NCBI GenBank assembly: GCA_963840855.1
Contig: CAWJBB010000041.1
Coordinates: 1 to 64,000, forward strand
Direction: 5' to 3'
Origin: an uncultured delta proteobacterium
GTDB taxonomy: Bacteria; Desulfobacterota; Binatia; UBA9968
DNA length: 64,000 bases
Positions 38,520 through 48,745 of this stretch are shown here, in pieces; position 1 is the stretch's first letter, and every line of letters starts with the position of its first letter. Both the position numbers and the translations under genes were made by a program. The notes below the pieces were generated by a model. It was not told the origin of the DNA, made no database searches, and was given only the letters and a program-made list of their open reading frames with translations.

Positions 38520-39863
38520 ATGAGAGACGAGTTGTTTGGAAAAACAGCTCCCTTAGAACAAACCCGTGTCAACACTGTGGAACCGGTCAAGTCCGATGCC
38601 GCCGAGCAGCTGATAGATCAGGCCGTGGAGCGGGCCGTGACCGACGCCGTGTTCGGTCACCATGCCGAGCGGCGCGAGTTCCTGCACCATGTCGGAGTCG
38701 CTACCGCGGCGGCGATTCTCAGCTCGATTTTCCCGATGCACGCCGCGAAGACGTTGGCACAGGAAAAAACGGGCCCCATTGAAAAGAAGAGTCTCAAAGT
38801 CGGCTTCATCCCAATTACCTGCGCGACCCCCATCATCATGGCCGAACCGATGGGTTTTTATAAGAAGCATGGGCTCGATGTCCAGGTTCATAAAGCTTCC
38901 GGTTGGGCGATGATCCGCGATTTGTCGATCAACGGCGAGACCGACGCCACGCATATGCTGACGCCGATGCCGCTTGCGATCAGCATGGGCGCAGGCTCGC
39001 AAACTGTGCCTTTTGTCATGCCAGCCGTCGAAAACATCAATGGCCAGGCGATTACCCTGCACAACAAGCACAAAGGCGTGAAGGAAGCGAAGGACATGAA
39101 GGGCTTCAAGTTCTGCGTGCCCTTCGATTACTCGATGCATAATTTTCTGCTCCGTTACTATCTCGCGGAAGGCGGCGTCGACCCTGATAAAGACATACAG
39201 ATTCGTGTGGTTCCGCCACCGGAGATGGTGGCGAACCTCAGAGCGGGAAACGTCGACGGTTATCTCGCGCCCGATCCGTTCAACCAGCGCGCCGTATATG
39301 AAGGCGAAGGGTTCATTTTCATGCTCAGCAAAGACATCTGGCCGGGTCATCCCTGCTGCGCTTTTGCCGCGCGCAAAGACTTTGCCGAGAAGAATCCCAA
39401 TACCTTTCAAGCTTTGTTCAAAGCGATCGTCGATGCCACGAACTATGCCCACGATTCATCGCACCGAAAAGAAATCGCCAAAGCGATCGCGCCGCGCAAT
39501 TTTCTGAACCAGCCGGTAGAAGTATTGGAACAGGTCCTAACGGGAGTCTATCCCGACGGGCTGGGAAACACGAAAAACGTCCCGGACCGTATCGACTTTG
39601 ATCCGTTCCCGTATCATTCCATGGCGATCTGGATTCTTACGCAGATGAAGCGGTGGGGCTATATCAAGCAGGATGTCGACTACAAGAAGATCGCTCAAGA
39701 AGTCTATCTGGCGTCCGGTTGCCGCGAGGTCATGAAATCTCTCGGCTATAAGGTGCCGGCTCAGGACTCCATTAAACACCAGTTTGCCTTCGGTAAAAAC
39801 AAGACTTTCGATCCCAGCGCTCCCGCGGAATACATTCGTTCGTTTCCCATTCGTCGGGCGTGA
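38520..39863 (+). CDS. cynA: Cyanate/nitrate ABC transporter substrate-binding protein (CmpA/NrtA family)
   Basis: Tat motif RREFL; GFIPITCATPIIMA, ENINGQAI, PFDYSMHNFLLRY, PDPFNQRA, HPCCAF; upstream of cyanase. Confidence 0.9.
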   Translation: MRDELFGKTAPLEQTRVNTVEPVKSDAAEQLIDQAVERAVTDAVFGHHAERREFLHHVGVATAAAILSSIFPMHAAKTLAQEKTGPIEKKSLKVGFIPITCATPIIMAEPMGFYKKHGLDVQVHKASGWAMIRDLSINGETDATHMLTPMPLAISMGAGSQTVPFVMPAVENINGQAITLHNKHKGVKEAKDMKGFKFCVPFDYSMHNFLLRYYLAEGGVDPDKDIQIRVVPPPEMVANLRAGNVDGYLAPDPFNQRAVYEGEGFIFMLSKDIWPGHPCCAFAARKDFAEKNPNTFQALFKAIVDATNYAHDSSHRKEIAKAIAPRNFLNQPVEVLEQVLTGVYPDGLGNTKNVPDRIDFDPFPYHSMAIWILTQMKRWGYIKQDVDYKKIAQEVYLASGCREVMKSLGYKVPAQDSIKHQFAFGKNKTFDPSAPAEYIRSFPIRRA

Positions 39864-39882
39864 AAGGGGAGGCGTCTCCGTT

Positions 39883-40686
39883 ATGGATCAAATCGGAGCC
39901 CTGTCTGAACGAAAGAAATCGATTTTATCCTCAGTCGTCCTGCTGACAGTTTTTCTTGCCATTTGGCAACTCTCGGTGCAAACCCCGATACCGGGAGGGA
40001 AAGCAGAGGGACTTCCCGGGCCTGTGGCCGTGGCCGCCCGCGCTTGGGAAATGATTTCGGATCCCTTCTACAACAATGGCCCCAACGACAAGGGAATCGG
40101 CATCCAACTCGGCTATAGCGTGGGGCGATTATTGATCGGCTACACTGCCGCAGCAGTGGTGGCGATTTGCCTGGGCGTCATGCTAGGTCTGTCGCCCGGA
40201 TTCTATCGCGCGCTCAATCCCTACATCCAGGTCTTGAAACCGATCTCACCCCTGGCGTGGATGCCGCTATTTCTTTACACGATCAAAGATTCGAGCCAGT
40301 CGGCGATCATGGTCATTTTCATGTCATCGCTATGGCCGATCCTTGCGAATACTGCATTCGGTGTTGCGGGTATCAAACGGGATTATTTGAACGTTTCGGC
40401 GCTACTTCAGCTCTCGTGGTTAAAGCGCCTGTGGAAAGTTATTTTGCCGGCGGCGGCGCCGGCGATTGTCGCGGGCCTGAGAATTTCCATCGGCAGCGCT
40501 TGGGTTGCCATCGTCGCGGCGGAGATGTTAATCGGCGGGACCGGGATCGGCTATTTTGTCTGGAACGAGTGGAACAATCTGCAATTGACCAGCGTGATCT
40601 TCGCGATCCTGATGACGGGGTTGGTGGGACTGCTCTTGGACATGGGCTTCGGCAGCATGGCGAAAACCTTGACGTACAGGGAGTAG
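39883..40686 (+). CDS. cynB: Cyanate/nitrate ABC transporter permease
   Basis: NGPNDKGIGIQL, LKPISPLAWMP, IVAAEMLIGGTGIGYFVWNEWN. Confidence 0.9.
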   Translation: MDQIGALSERKKSILSSVVLLTVFLAIWQLSVQTPIPGGKAEGLPGPVAVAARAWEMISDPFYNNGPNDKGIGIQLGYSVGRLLIGYTAAAVVAICLGVMLGLSPGFYRALNPYIQVLKPISPLAWMPLFLYTIKDSSQSAIMVIFMSSLWPILANTAFGVAGIKRDYLNVSALLQLSWLKRLWKVILPAAAPAIVAGLRISIGSAWVAIVAAEMLIGGTGIGYFVWNEWNNLQLTSVIFAILMTGLVGLLLDMGFGSMAKTLTYRE

Positions 40687-40689
40687 ACC

Positions 40690-41532
40690 ATGTCATTTCT
40701 CGAAGTCGAGACCGTCAGCAAATATTTTTCCGAAGCGAGCGGAAGGCGGCTTTGTGTATTCGAAGACGTTCGCTTGCACATCCAAAAGAGTGAGTTCGTA
40801 ACCATGGTTGGACACTCGGGTTGCGGCAAGAGCACTCTTCTGAATATTATCGCCGGCCTGGAGAAACCGAGCAAGGGCGGAATCATCCTCGATGGGAAGG
40901 AGATCGATACTCCGGGGCTCGACCGCATGGTTGTTTTCCAGAATTTTTCGTTGCTGCCCTGGATGAGCGTTTACGAGAATATTCGCCTTGCAGTGAAAGC
41001 CGCCTTTGCTCCCTGGCAGGCGCAAAGGATCAACGACTACGTGCAGCGTTACATCAACATGGTTGGACTGGCCGGAGCCGAGCATAAGAAGCCGGCGGAA
41101 CTTTCCGGCGGTATGCGGCAACGCGTAGGGCTGGCGCGAGCCTTCGCCGTTCAGCCCAAGGTGCTTTTGCTCGACGAACCGTTTGCGCAGATCGACGCGT
41201 TGACCCGCGGCGCGATTCAAGACGAGCTCATGCGCATGTGGACGGCGACGAAGAATACCGTTTTTATGGTCACTCACGATGTCGAAGAGGCGATCTTGCT
41301 TTCGGATAAGATCGCGCTGATGACCAGCGGACCGTCGGCGCGATTGGCGGAAATCGTCGAGGTGAAATTTCCCCGTCCGCGGGTGCGGGAGGAGATTTTG
41401 GATCTGCCCGAGTTTATCCGGATCAAGAAGCAAATTATGCAGTTCCTCAAGAACTGCGCGTGCGAACAGCCGGCCACCGATGCGCCCTCGGCGGGCGTCG
41501 TAGTCAGCCGGCGGATCGCCGCTGAAGCGTAG
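40690..41532 (+). CDS. cynD: Cyanate/nitrate ABC transporter ATPase
   Basis: GHSGCGKST, LSGGMRQR, LLLDEPF. Confidence 0.88.
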   Translation: MSFLEVETVSKYFSEASGRRLCVFEDVRLHIQKSEFVTMVGHSGCGKSTLLNIIAGLEKPSKGGIILDGKEIDTPGLDRMVVFQNFSLLPWMSVYENIRLAVKAAFAPWQAQRINDYVQRYINMVGLAGAEHKKPAELSGGMRQRVGLARAFAVQPKVLLLDEPFAQIDALTRGAIQDELMRMWTATKNTVFMVTHDVEEAILLSDKIALMTSGPSARLAEIVEVKFPRPRVREEILDLPEFIRIKKQIMQFLKNCACEQPATDAPSAGVVVSRRIAAEA

Positions 41533-41595
41533 CGCATTGAGGTAAGAATCTTATTTGCCATTCGTGAAACTTGTAAAACAGGAAGGAGTTGAAAA

Positions 41596-42055
41596 ATGAT
41601 CACACGTCCAGAAGCTACCGCAAAGATTCTCGGAGCCAAGCAGAAGCTAAAACTTAGCTGGGAGCAGATTGCGAAAGGTGTGGGCCGCCACAAGATCTGG
41701 ACCACGGCGGCGTTACTCGGGCAACATCCGATGTCGGTCGAGGAAGCGGAGAGCGTCATAAAGATCCTCGGTTTTTCCGGTGAAGAAGCCCAAGCGGTTC
41801 TCCTCTGCACTTCAGGAGTTTCCGATGCGAGGATCGCTGGACGGCGCTGTTCCCGTCGATCCGACGATCTATCGCTTTTACGAACTCATCCAGGTTTACG
41901 GTCCAACTATCAAAGCGCTCATTCATGAAGAGTTTGGCGATGGGATCATGAGCGCCATTGATTTCGACATGGAGATCAAACGAAAAGAAGATCCCAAGGG
42001 CGACCGTGTGGTGGTTACATTAAACGGAAAGTTTCTGCCCTATAAAAAATTTTAG
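41596..42055 (+). CDS. cynS: Cyanase, one frameshift near 41805
   Basis: [12 protein letters not shown] then, in another frame, [44 protein letters not shown]. Confidence 0.92.
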
Positions 42056-43561
42056 TCACGACTCTTCCCATGGCACTTCCCGAGCCGCGTTTTGTCCGGC
42101 GATTTTTCCGGCAACAAAGCACTCCGTTATATTGCCGGCTTCCAAATAGAGGTGTCCGTAGATCGAGCTGATCTCGCCGGCGACGTAGAGGCGCGGAATC
42201 GGCTTCTTCATGGGGTCTAAGACCCGCTGTTTTACGTCATGCTCGGGGCCGCCCTGGGTATTGTTAACGATGGGCCAGGCTTCCATGACATAATACGGCG
42301 GCGTGGTGATGGGCATCATAGTTTTCGGCGGGCGGCGTTGATCGTCGTCCTGGCCCTTTTGGCAAAGCTCGTTCCAGCGTTCCACCGTCGCTCTCAGCAC
42401 TTTCGGGTTCACGTCGATTTGCCCGGCAATATCGTCAATAGAGTTGCCTTTTTTGATCCAGCCTTTGTTTATTTCAGTGAAATTATCGTCGCTCCAGCTG
42501 GCGTTGTAACGCTCGTCGTTAACGATGGGAATGCCGATGGGGCCGAGCTTGCGGCCTTCTTCGTCGAAAATCAGATAGCACGGGATGCGCGGATAATCCT
42601 GAATATCGGCGTCGTAAAATTCCAGAGATCGGGTGCCGGTGTCCTGGGGCGCGGGTGGATACTCGTCCATGAAGCGTTTGCCAAAGCGGTCCACGGCGAT
42701 CCAGATCATCTTCCGATTCTCGTTTCGTGGCCCGGCCCAGACATGACGGATGGCGAACGGCAGTTCGGGATACTTGAATCCATAACCGCCGTGGAAGTGC
42801 CACATATGCCAGAGCCCGGCGCCGGCTTTTTGCGCCATCTTGATGCCGTCACCGGTATTACCCAAAAAAACCGGATATACCGGCTGGGCTTCGAAGTATT
42901 GCAGCTTCATGGCGTCGTCGTTCTCATAACCGCCGCAAGCCAAGATCACGCCCTTGCGCGCTTTGACGTTGATAGGTTTGCCGTTCTGCTCCGCCTTGAG
43001 TCCGATCACCGCGCCCTCGGCGTTCATCACCAATTCTTTCGCCGGCGCGGAGAGCATCACTTCGATCTCACGCCCGTGGACATTGTCGTAGACGACTTTG
43101 AAAAGCCGCGCGCCGCCGCGCAGTCCCTTGGCCCAGGGGAATTCCGAATAGGCGGCGAAGTCCTTCAACTTGATCGAGTCGATATCCCTGGTGCCCGGGA
43201 AAGGGTAGGTGCCGTGGCCGCGGGTCTCGGTTTTGGTCGGCTCGGTGCCGCTGACCTTGGCAAGCTCCGTGACCCAGTCGATCACGCCGACCATTTCCTC
43301 GGCCATTTTGCGCAGTATGTCGTCGGGAGTCGTGCCGTTGCAGGTGCGTTTGAGATACTGAAAAGCGCCTTCGGCGTTGTGAGCGAAGGCGATGCCGCCA
43401 CCGGAAAGAATGGAGATGCCGCCGGGGTGCGGCATTTTTTCGATTACCAACACCTTCGCTCCGGCGTCGTGCGCCGTGATCGCAGAAATCCCGCCGGCGG
43501 CGCCGAAACCGACGACGATGACGTCTACTTCTTTGTCCCAGGTGTTCGCGTTGGTTGCCAT
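42056..43561 (-). CDS. FAD-dependent oxidoreductase (fumarate reductase / 3-ketosteroid dehydrogenase flavoprotein family)
   Basis: DVIVVGFGAAG, GVILACGGYE, NTGDGIKMA, NTQGGP, IPRLYVAGE. Confidence 0.88.
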   Translation of the reverse strand: MATNANTWDKEVDVIVVGFGAAGGISAITAHDAGAKVLVIEKMPHPGGISILSGGGIAFAHNAEGAFQYLKRTCNGTTPDDILRKMAEEMVGVIDWVTELAKVSGTEPTKTETRGHGTYPFPGTRDIDSIKLKDFAAYSEFPWAKGLRGGARLFKVVYDNVHGREIEVMLSAPAKELVMNAEGAVIGLKAEQNGKPINVKARKGVILACGGYENDDAMKLQYFEAQPVYPVFLGNTGDGIKMAQKAGAGLWHMWHFHGGYGFKYPELPFAIRHVWAGPRNENRKMIWIAVDRFGKRFMDEYPPAPQDTGTRSLEFYDADIQDYPRIPCYLIFDEEGRKLGPIGIPIVNDERYNASWSDDNFTEINKGWIKKGNSIDDIAGQIDVNPKVLRATVERWNELCQKGQDDDQRRPPKTMMPITTPPYYVMEAWPIVNNTQGGPEHDVKQRVLDPMKKPIPRLYVAGEISSIYGHLYLEAGNITECFVAGKIAGQNAAREVPWEES

Positions 43562-43600
43562 TCCAAGAACTCCTTTGCGATTGTGGGTTCAGCTGCCGGT

Positions 43601-43691
43601 TTCCTTCCCCTTGACGGGGAGGACTAAAGGGGTGATCTTGATCGCTCACCGGCACCCCTATCCTAACCTTCCCCCGTCGAGGGGGAAGGAA
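43601..43691. repeat. REP-like palindromic repeat
   Basis: ttccttccccttgacgggga...cttcccccgtcgagggggaaggaa inverted hairpin doublet. Confidence 0.7.
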
Positions 43692-43863
43692 TCGGAATGG
43701 GAGATCCTACCTCTTTTTGATTGCTTTCTTTGGTAATTCGGACCGGTCAGAAAGGTGCAGTTACGAGGCGCGCGAGGAATCGACGCGCCGAGGCGTACTC
43801 TTCAGTACATTGAGGCGCGGCGATTGAGCGCAACGAAGTAAATGCGCCTTTATCACCGGTCCG

Positions 43864-44973
43864 TTATAGCCGCTCCTCCAACCAGTCCAGCATATACGGC
43901 ACATTATGCGCCCAGTAGTCGTGGCTGCAATGAATTCTGCCGCCGTCATTCGGATCGTCGTAGATTTTTAGGGTTTTGTCTTTGGCGGCGATCTCGTCGA
44001 ATAGCCGCTTGGCGCCATCAACCGACATCAGCGTGTCTTTGGCGCCGTGGGTAATGAGCGTCGGGCAAGTGATGTTCTTGGCGACTCCCGCCATGGTGAA
44101 ATCTTGCAAAAGCCTGCGCGCGTCCTGGTGGCTGACGCCGCCCAACAATCTTTGGCAAACCGGCTGCAAGTGCGCGCAAAAGTCGTAAAGGTCGTCGAGC
44201 ACGCTGTAACAACCGCTCCAGGCGATCAGCGCTTTGATGCGCGATTCGAACGCCGCCACGCGGGGCGCATAATAGCCCGCCATGCTGATGCCGAGCAGGG
44301 CGACGCGATTCGGGTCGACTTCGGGCCGCGCGACCAAATAGTCAATGCACGCTTTTCCCGGCACCTCGTAATCCGGTCTCGTCTTGATCCCCTTTAGGTA
44401 GATCGAAGAACCGCGGCCCGGCGTGTCGACGAGCAACATGGCCCAGCCGCGGTCGAGCATCTGTTTGCCGGCGAAGTAGATTTCTTCGGCATAAGCGTCG
44501 GCGCCCCCGAGAAATAAAACCGCCGGCCACTTGCCCGGTTGCGGATGCGCCGGATGACAGAAATAGCCGTCGTATTCTTCGTCGCCGCAGCGAATCGAGA
44601 CGACTTCGATATTCGGATCATGCAGCTTCGCCGCGGCACGGAAGTTCTCTTGTGCTTTGCGGAAGCGCTCGGCGCGCTTCGGTTCCTCGGCAATCGTGAG
44701 CAGCACGTCGGACATGCGGTAATAGTTACTGGCATGGAAAAAATTTTGCTTCGCAGTGCGCAGGTGTCCTGACGCTAAAGCTTCTTTGGCTCGCGCTTCC
44801 GTCCTGTGCGCGAGTTCCCACCACGCCTTTTCCCAAGCGTTTTTATCACCGGCGTCGACGCTCCGCATCGCCCTGGCAATGTCGAACACGTCAGCGCCGC
44901 CCTGTTGCGCCTGGGCAACCAGGCGCAGTGTGTGGCCGCCGAACGGATGAGCGGGAAAGAGAAAATCGAACAT
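43864..44973 (-). CDS. Alpha/beta-hydrolase (dihydroxypseudooxynicotine hydrolase/FrsA-like)
   Basis: GGADAYAEE, DTPGRG, GISMAGYYAPRVAA, HGAKD, HCSHD. Confidence 0.85.
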   Translation of the reverse strand: MFDFLFPAHPFGGHTLRLVAQAQQGGADVFDIARAMRSVDAGDKNAWEKAWWELAHRTEARAKEALASGHLRTAKQNFFHASNYYRMSDVLLTIAEEPKRAERFRKAQENFRAAAKLHDPNIEVVSIRCGDEEYDGYFCHPAHPQPGKWPAVLFLGGADAYAEEIYFAGKQMLDRGWAMLLVDTPGRGSSIYLKGIKTRPDYEVPGKACIDYLVARPEVDPNRVALLGISMAGYYAPRVAAFESRIKALIAWSGCYSVLDDLYDFCAHLQPVCQRLLGGVSHQDARRLLQDFTMAGVAKNITCPTLITHGAKDTLMSVDGAKRLFDEIAAKDKTLKIYDDPNDGGRIHCSHDYWAHNVPYMLDWLEERL

Positions 44974-45342
44974 AGAGCCTCCCCGGCGCGTTGATTGTCG
45001 GATTCAAACCGCCGGATTCGATAATTGGTCTTATGGGTAATCCAAAAGAACATACGAAACAAGCCGATGCCGCAGGAGTCGCCCCGCTAACCAGCTTGCA
45101 TCGCTTACAGATAGTCGACCGGTAAGAATCAGCTTGAGCTTGACAGTCTTGCACCGGGTTGGTAGCGTTTCGGCAGATGGCTCCGTCGTATTCGAGCTAG
45201 CACCGCAAGCCGGAGCTTTGTAGCGTAAAACACAGCGTGGTCTTCGAGAGGGATAGTCACGGCAGAAAGCCGGTTGCATTTGCGTCGCGGCGCAATGGGG
45301 TGACTGGCTTTTTTGATTTGACGGACCGCAGAGGAGGCTCAG

Positions 45343-45660
45343 ATGGCAACCTATATCGCTCTCGTGAACTTTACCGATCAGGGTATACGTTATATCAAGC
45401 AAACTACAGAAAGAGCTAAAGGGCTGGTGAACGCGGCTGCTAAAATGGGCGTCACCATTAAAGATATTTATTGGACGATGGGCCCCTTTGATGCTTTATT
45501 TACGGCCGACGCGCCGGATGATGAAACGATGACTATTTTAGCAATCAGCTTGGGGTCCTTGGGCAACGTGCGAACCCAGACGATGAGGGCGTTCTCCGCG
45601 GAGGAGATGAATAGCATCGTTGGTAAGCTTCCAAAGATGGAAATAATTTCCGCAAAGTGA
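45343..45660 (+). CDS. GYD domain protein
   Basis: YIALVNFTDQG..YWTMGPFD..GNVRTQTMRAF; GAGGAGG RBS. Confidence 0.88.
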   Translation: MATYIALVNFTDQGIRYIKQTTERAKGLVNAAAKMGVTIKDIYWTMGPFDALFTADAPDDETMTILAISLGSLGNVRTQTMRAFSAEEMNSIVGKLPKMEIISAK

Positions 45661-45685
45661 AACCGCCAGCAGGGGAGGAATCGCC

Positions 45686-47477
45686 ATGGCGAAAGTCGAT
45701 CTCTCAATCGCAATTGGAGGCGCAGCCGGCCAGGGAATCGCCACACCCGGTGATATCCTGGCCAGAATCTTCGTTCGCCGCGGACTGCACTTGAACGCCT
45801 ATAATGCATACCAGTCGATCATTCGCGGCGGCCACATTTTCCTCACGCTTCGCACCAGCGATGCCCCGGTTCTCAGTTTCGGTGACAAGCTCGACATTTT
45901 GATTCCCCTCAATCAGGACACGATGAATCGCCATCTTCGGCTTAATGAAATCTGGTTCTCTTGTCCTTTACAACGGCGATAAGATCAAACCGGGCGAAGT
46001 TGAAGCCGGCGTCCAGCTTTGTCCCTTTTCGGTGAAGGAGTTGGCGCCGAACATCAGAGGAGATCTGGTTCAAAACACCATTGCTTTGGCGGCGGTGCTG
46101 CGCCTGATCGGCGTCGAGTTCAAGATCCTCGAAGACATCCTCACTCTACAGTTCAAAAGAAAAGGGGAGACCGTCATTGCCGAAAACGTCGGAGTGGCCC
46201 GCGCCGGTTACGACTACGCTGGTGCGCATTTCAAGCCGTTCGCATTCTCGCTGCCCGACACCGGAAAAAGACTGGCGTTCTTCGAAGGCAACCAGGCGCT
46301 GGCGATGGGAGGAGCGGCGGCGGGCGTGCGTTTTTACTGTGCCTATCCTATGAGCCCTGCATCCGGTGTGCTTCACTGGATGGCCCGACATGGGCGCCAG
46401 TTGGGCATCATGGTGCGTCAGATTGAAGACGAGATCGGAGTTATCAACGTAGCCATCGGCGCTGCCCATGCAGGATGCCGGGCGATGTGCGCGACTTCGG
46501 GGGGCGGCTTTGCGCTGATGAGTGAGGCTCTGGGATCGGCGGCCATGATGGAGATACCCGTCGTCTGTATCAACGTTCAGCGCGCAGGTCCTGCCACAGG
46601 CGTGCCGACCAAAACCGAGCAAGGTGATCTCTGGCAAGTGATGGGAGCAGGGCAGGGAGACTACCCGCGCATTATTGTCGCGCCAACCGACATACTGGAT
46701 TGCTTCAAAACAGTGCCCGAGCTTTTTAACCTGGTGGATAAATTTCAGTGTCCGGGCATCGTCATTTCAGATCTCTTGCTTTCCGAGGGTCGTTCCAGTG
46801 TGGACCCGGCGGAATTAGACTTCAACGTTCCCATCGACAGAGGTGAAGTCATCGGCCTCAACGGTAGCGTCCCGCCCGTCAATGGCGGCTATAATCGTTA
46901 TCAGCTCACGGATACCGGTATCTCTCCTAGGGCGCTGCCAGGGACGGCGGGATACACGCATGTGGTGGCGACCGATGAACATGACGAGGATGGCGTGCTG
47001 ATCAGCGATGAATTCACCAACCCGCATAAGCGCCAAGCCATGCATGAAAAACGCATGCGCAAGATGGAATCGATTCTGCCGCTCCTGGAGCCGCCTAGGC
47101 TGTTCGGACCGCAAGACGCGCAGGTGACCTTGGTGGGTTGGGGCTCAACGGAAGGGGTCATTCGCGAAGCCATGCAAAAGTTAGCAAACGAAGAAGGGGT
47201 TGCCGCCAATAACCTCCAGATTAAGTGGATGGTTCCTCTCCATTGCGAAGCAATCACGGCGATAGTTTCCAAGTGTAAGAAGCTCATCATCGTAGAGAAT
47301 AACTACAGCGGACAGTTCGCGCGCTACCTGCGCTCCGAAACCAGCATCGTCGCCGACGGTCACATTCGCAAGTACGATGGCGAGCCCTTTATGCCGCATC
47401 ACATGGTAGATGGCGTGAAAGCCATCTTGGCGGGCACAACGCAAAAATATGTCCCGGTGCACGAAATCATGGTCTAA
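45686..47477 (+). CDS. korA: 2-oxoacid:ferredoxin oxidoreductase alpha subunit, one frameshift near 45940
   Basis: IGGAAGQGI, YQSIIRGGH, AYPMSPAS, EDEIG, ATSGGGFALM, QRAGPATGVPTKTEQGD. Substrate not determinable. Confidence 0.88.
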
Positions 47478-47483
47478 GCGATT

Positions 47484-47546
47484 GTTTCTAGTTTTCAGTT
47501 TCTCGTTTCGAGTTAACCCGAAACCAGGAACTAGGAACCAGAAACT
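47484..47546. repeat. Inverted heptamer arrays (GTTTCTA/GAAACCA type) forming a hairpin
   Basis: gtttctagttttcagtttctcgtttcg...cgaaaccaggaactaggaaccagaaac; same family at 63470-63642. Confidence 0.7.
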
Positions 47547-47581
47547 TCAAAGCGCGAAGGAGTGAATCATGAGTGTACCCA

Positions 47582-48499
47582 ATGCAAACAGAGACCATAA
47601 CCTCACGCGGGGAACAGACCCGCCAGGCGCCGTTGACCGTCAAGGATTTTAAGGGCAAGGCAGATCCTGACTGGTGCCCGGGCTGCGGCGACTTCGGTGT
47701 GCTTACAGCATTGAAACAGGCGCTAGTGGAGTTGAATCTGCACCCTCATCAGGTGATGACCATCAGCGGCATCGGCTGTTCTTCCAACCTGCCTGGGTAT
47801 GTTAGTACCTACGGTATGCACACGCTGCATGGACGCGCTTTGGCAGTGGCGACCGGCGCCCAGCTTGCCAATCACGATCTCAAGATCATCGTTACCGGGG
47901 GCGACGGCGACGGCTACGGCATCGGCGGCAATCATTTCGTGCACAGCATGCGACGCAACGTCGATCTAACCTACATTGTGATGAACAATCAGATTTATGG
48001 ACTTACAACCGGACAGATCTCTCCGACCAGCACTAAAGGGATGAAAACAAAGAGCACGCCTATCGGCAGCGTGGAGAATCCTATCTTTCCCGTTTCGCTC
48101 GCCATTGCTGCGGGGGCGACTTATGTGGCGCGGGGATATACCGGACAAGTAAAACATCTCGTCGAGCTCATTAAGGGCGGGATTCAACACAAGGGGTTTG
48201 CGCTCATCGATGCCTTCAGTCCGTGCGTGACATTCAATCTCGACAACACCCACGAGTTTTTCAAACACCGGACAAAAAAGTTAGAAGACATGGGGCATGA
48301 TCCGACCGACTTCGCCGCGGCTATACAGAAGAGTTACGAGTGGGGGGATGAGATTCCCATCGGGCTTTTCTGGAAGCGAGAAGATCTTCCCTCGCTGGAT
48401 CAACTAGAGCCGATTCTTGACGAAGGCGGCCCGCTTGCCCGCCGCCCGCTCGGTATTTCCCCGGATGTCGCGAAATCGTTGGTCCGCGAGCTAATGTAG
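47582..48499 (+). CDS. korB: 2-oxoacid:ferredoxin oxidoreductase beta subunit
   Basis: WCPGCGDF, SGIGCSS, HTLHGRA, GGDGDGYGIG, NNQIYGLTTGQ, FSPCVTFN. Confidence 0.92.
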   Translation: MQTETITSRGEQTRQAPLTVKDFKGKADPDWCPGCGDFGVLTALKQALVELNLHPHQVMTISGIGCSSNLPGYVSTYGMHTLHGRALAVATGAQLANHDLKIIVTGGDGDGYGIGGNHFVHSMRRNVDLTYIVMNNQIYGLTTGQISPTSTKGMKTKSTPIGSVENPIFPVSLAIAAGATYVARGYTGQVKHLVELIKGGIQHKGFALIDAFSPCVTFNLDNTHEFFKHRTKKLEDMGHDPTDFAAAIQKSYEWGDEIPIGLFWKREDLPSLDQLEPILDEGGPLARRPLGISPDVAKSLVRELM

Positions 48500-48745
48500 C
48501 GACGCGCCTATCTGACCACGACCGGATTCAGCGTTGTCGCAAACTACGTTCAGAATACTGTTCGCTCATTTGCCTTTCCTACGCACGGGTCTCGCCTCGC
48601 AGGGTAGAGGGCAGGTTTGAAACCTGCCCCTACGAAAACCGCCTACACTTGACTAGCACGTCTTTGCCTCTGCATATAGTTGACATCCCAATACGGGATC
48701 GTGATACTCGCTCAGCGAATCAGCAAAAACAGACGGAGATATGGC

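Noticed and set aside
41790-41820. Programmed frameshift in cynS (also considered for korA and XDH)
   Set aside because: No slippery heptamer or stimulatory structure seen; similar shifts in many unrelated genes point to sequence error.
42239-43627. 462-aa plus-strand ORF
   Set aside because: Antisense shadow of the FAD oxidoreductase with no motifs; the same applies to other long antisense ORFs such as 38553-39452, 40693-41433 and 57554-58342.
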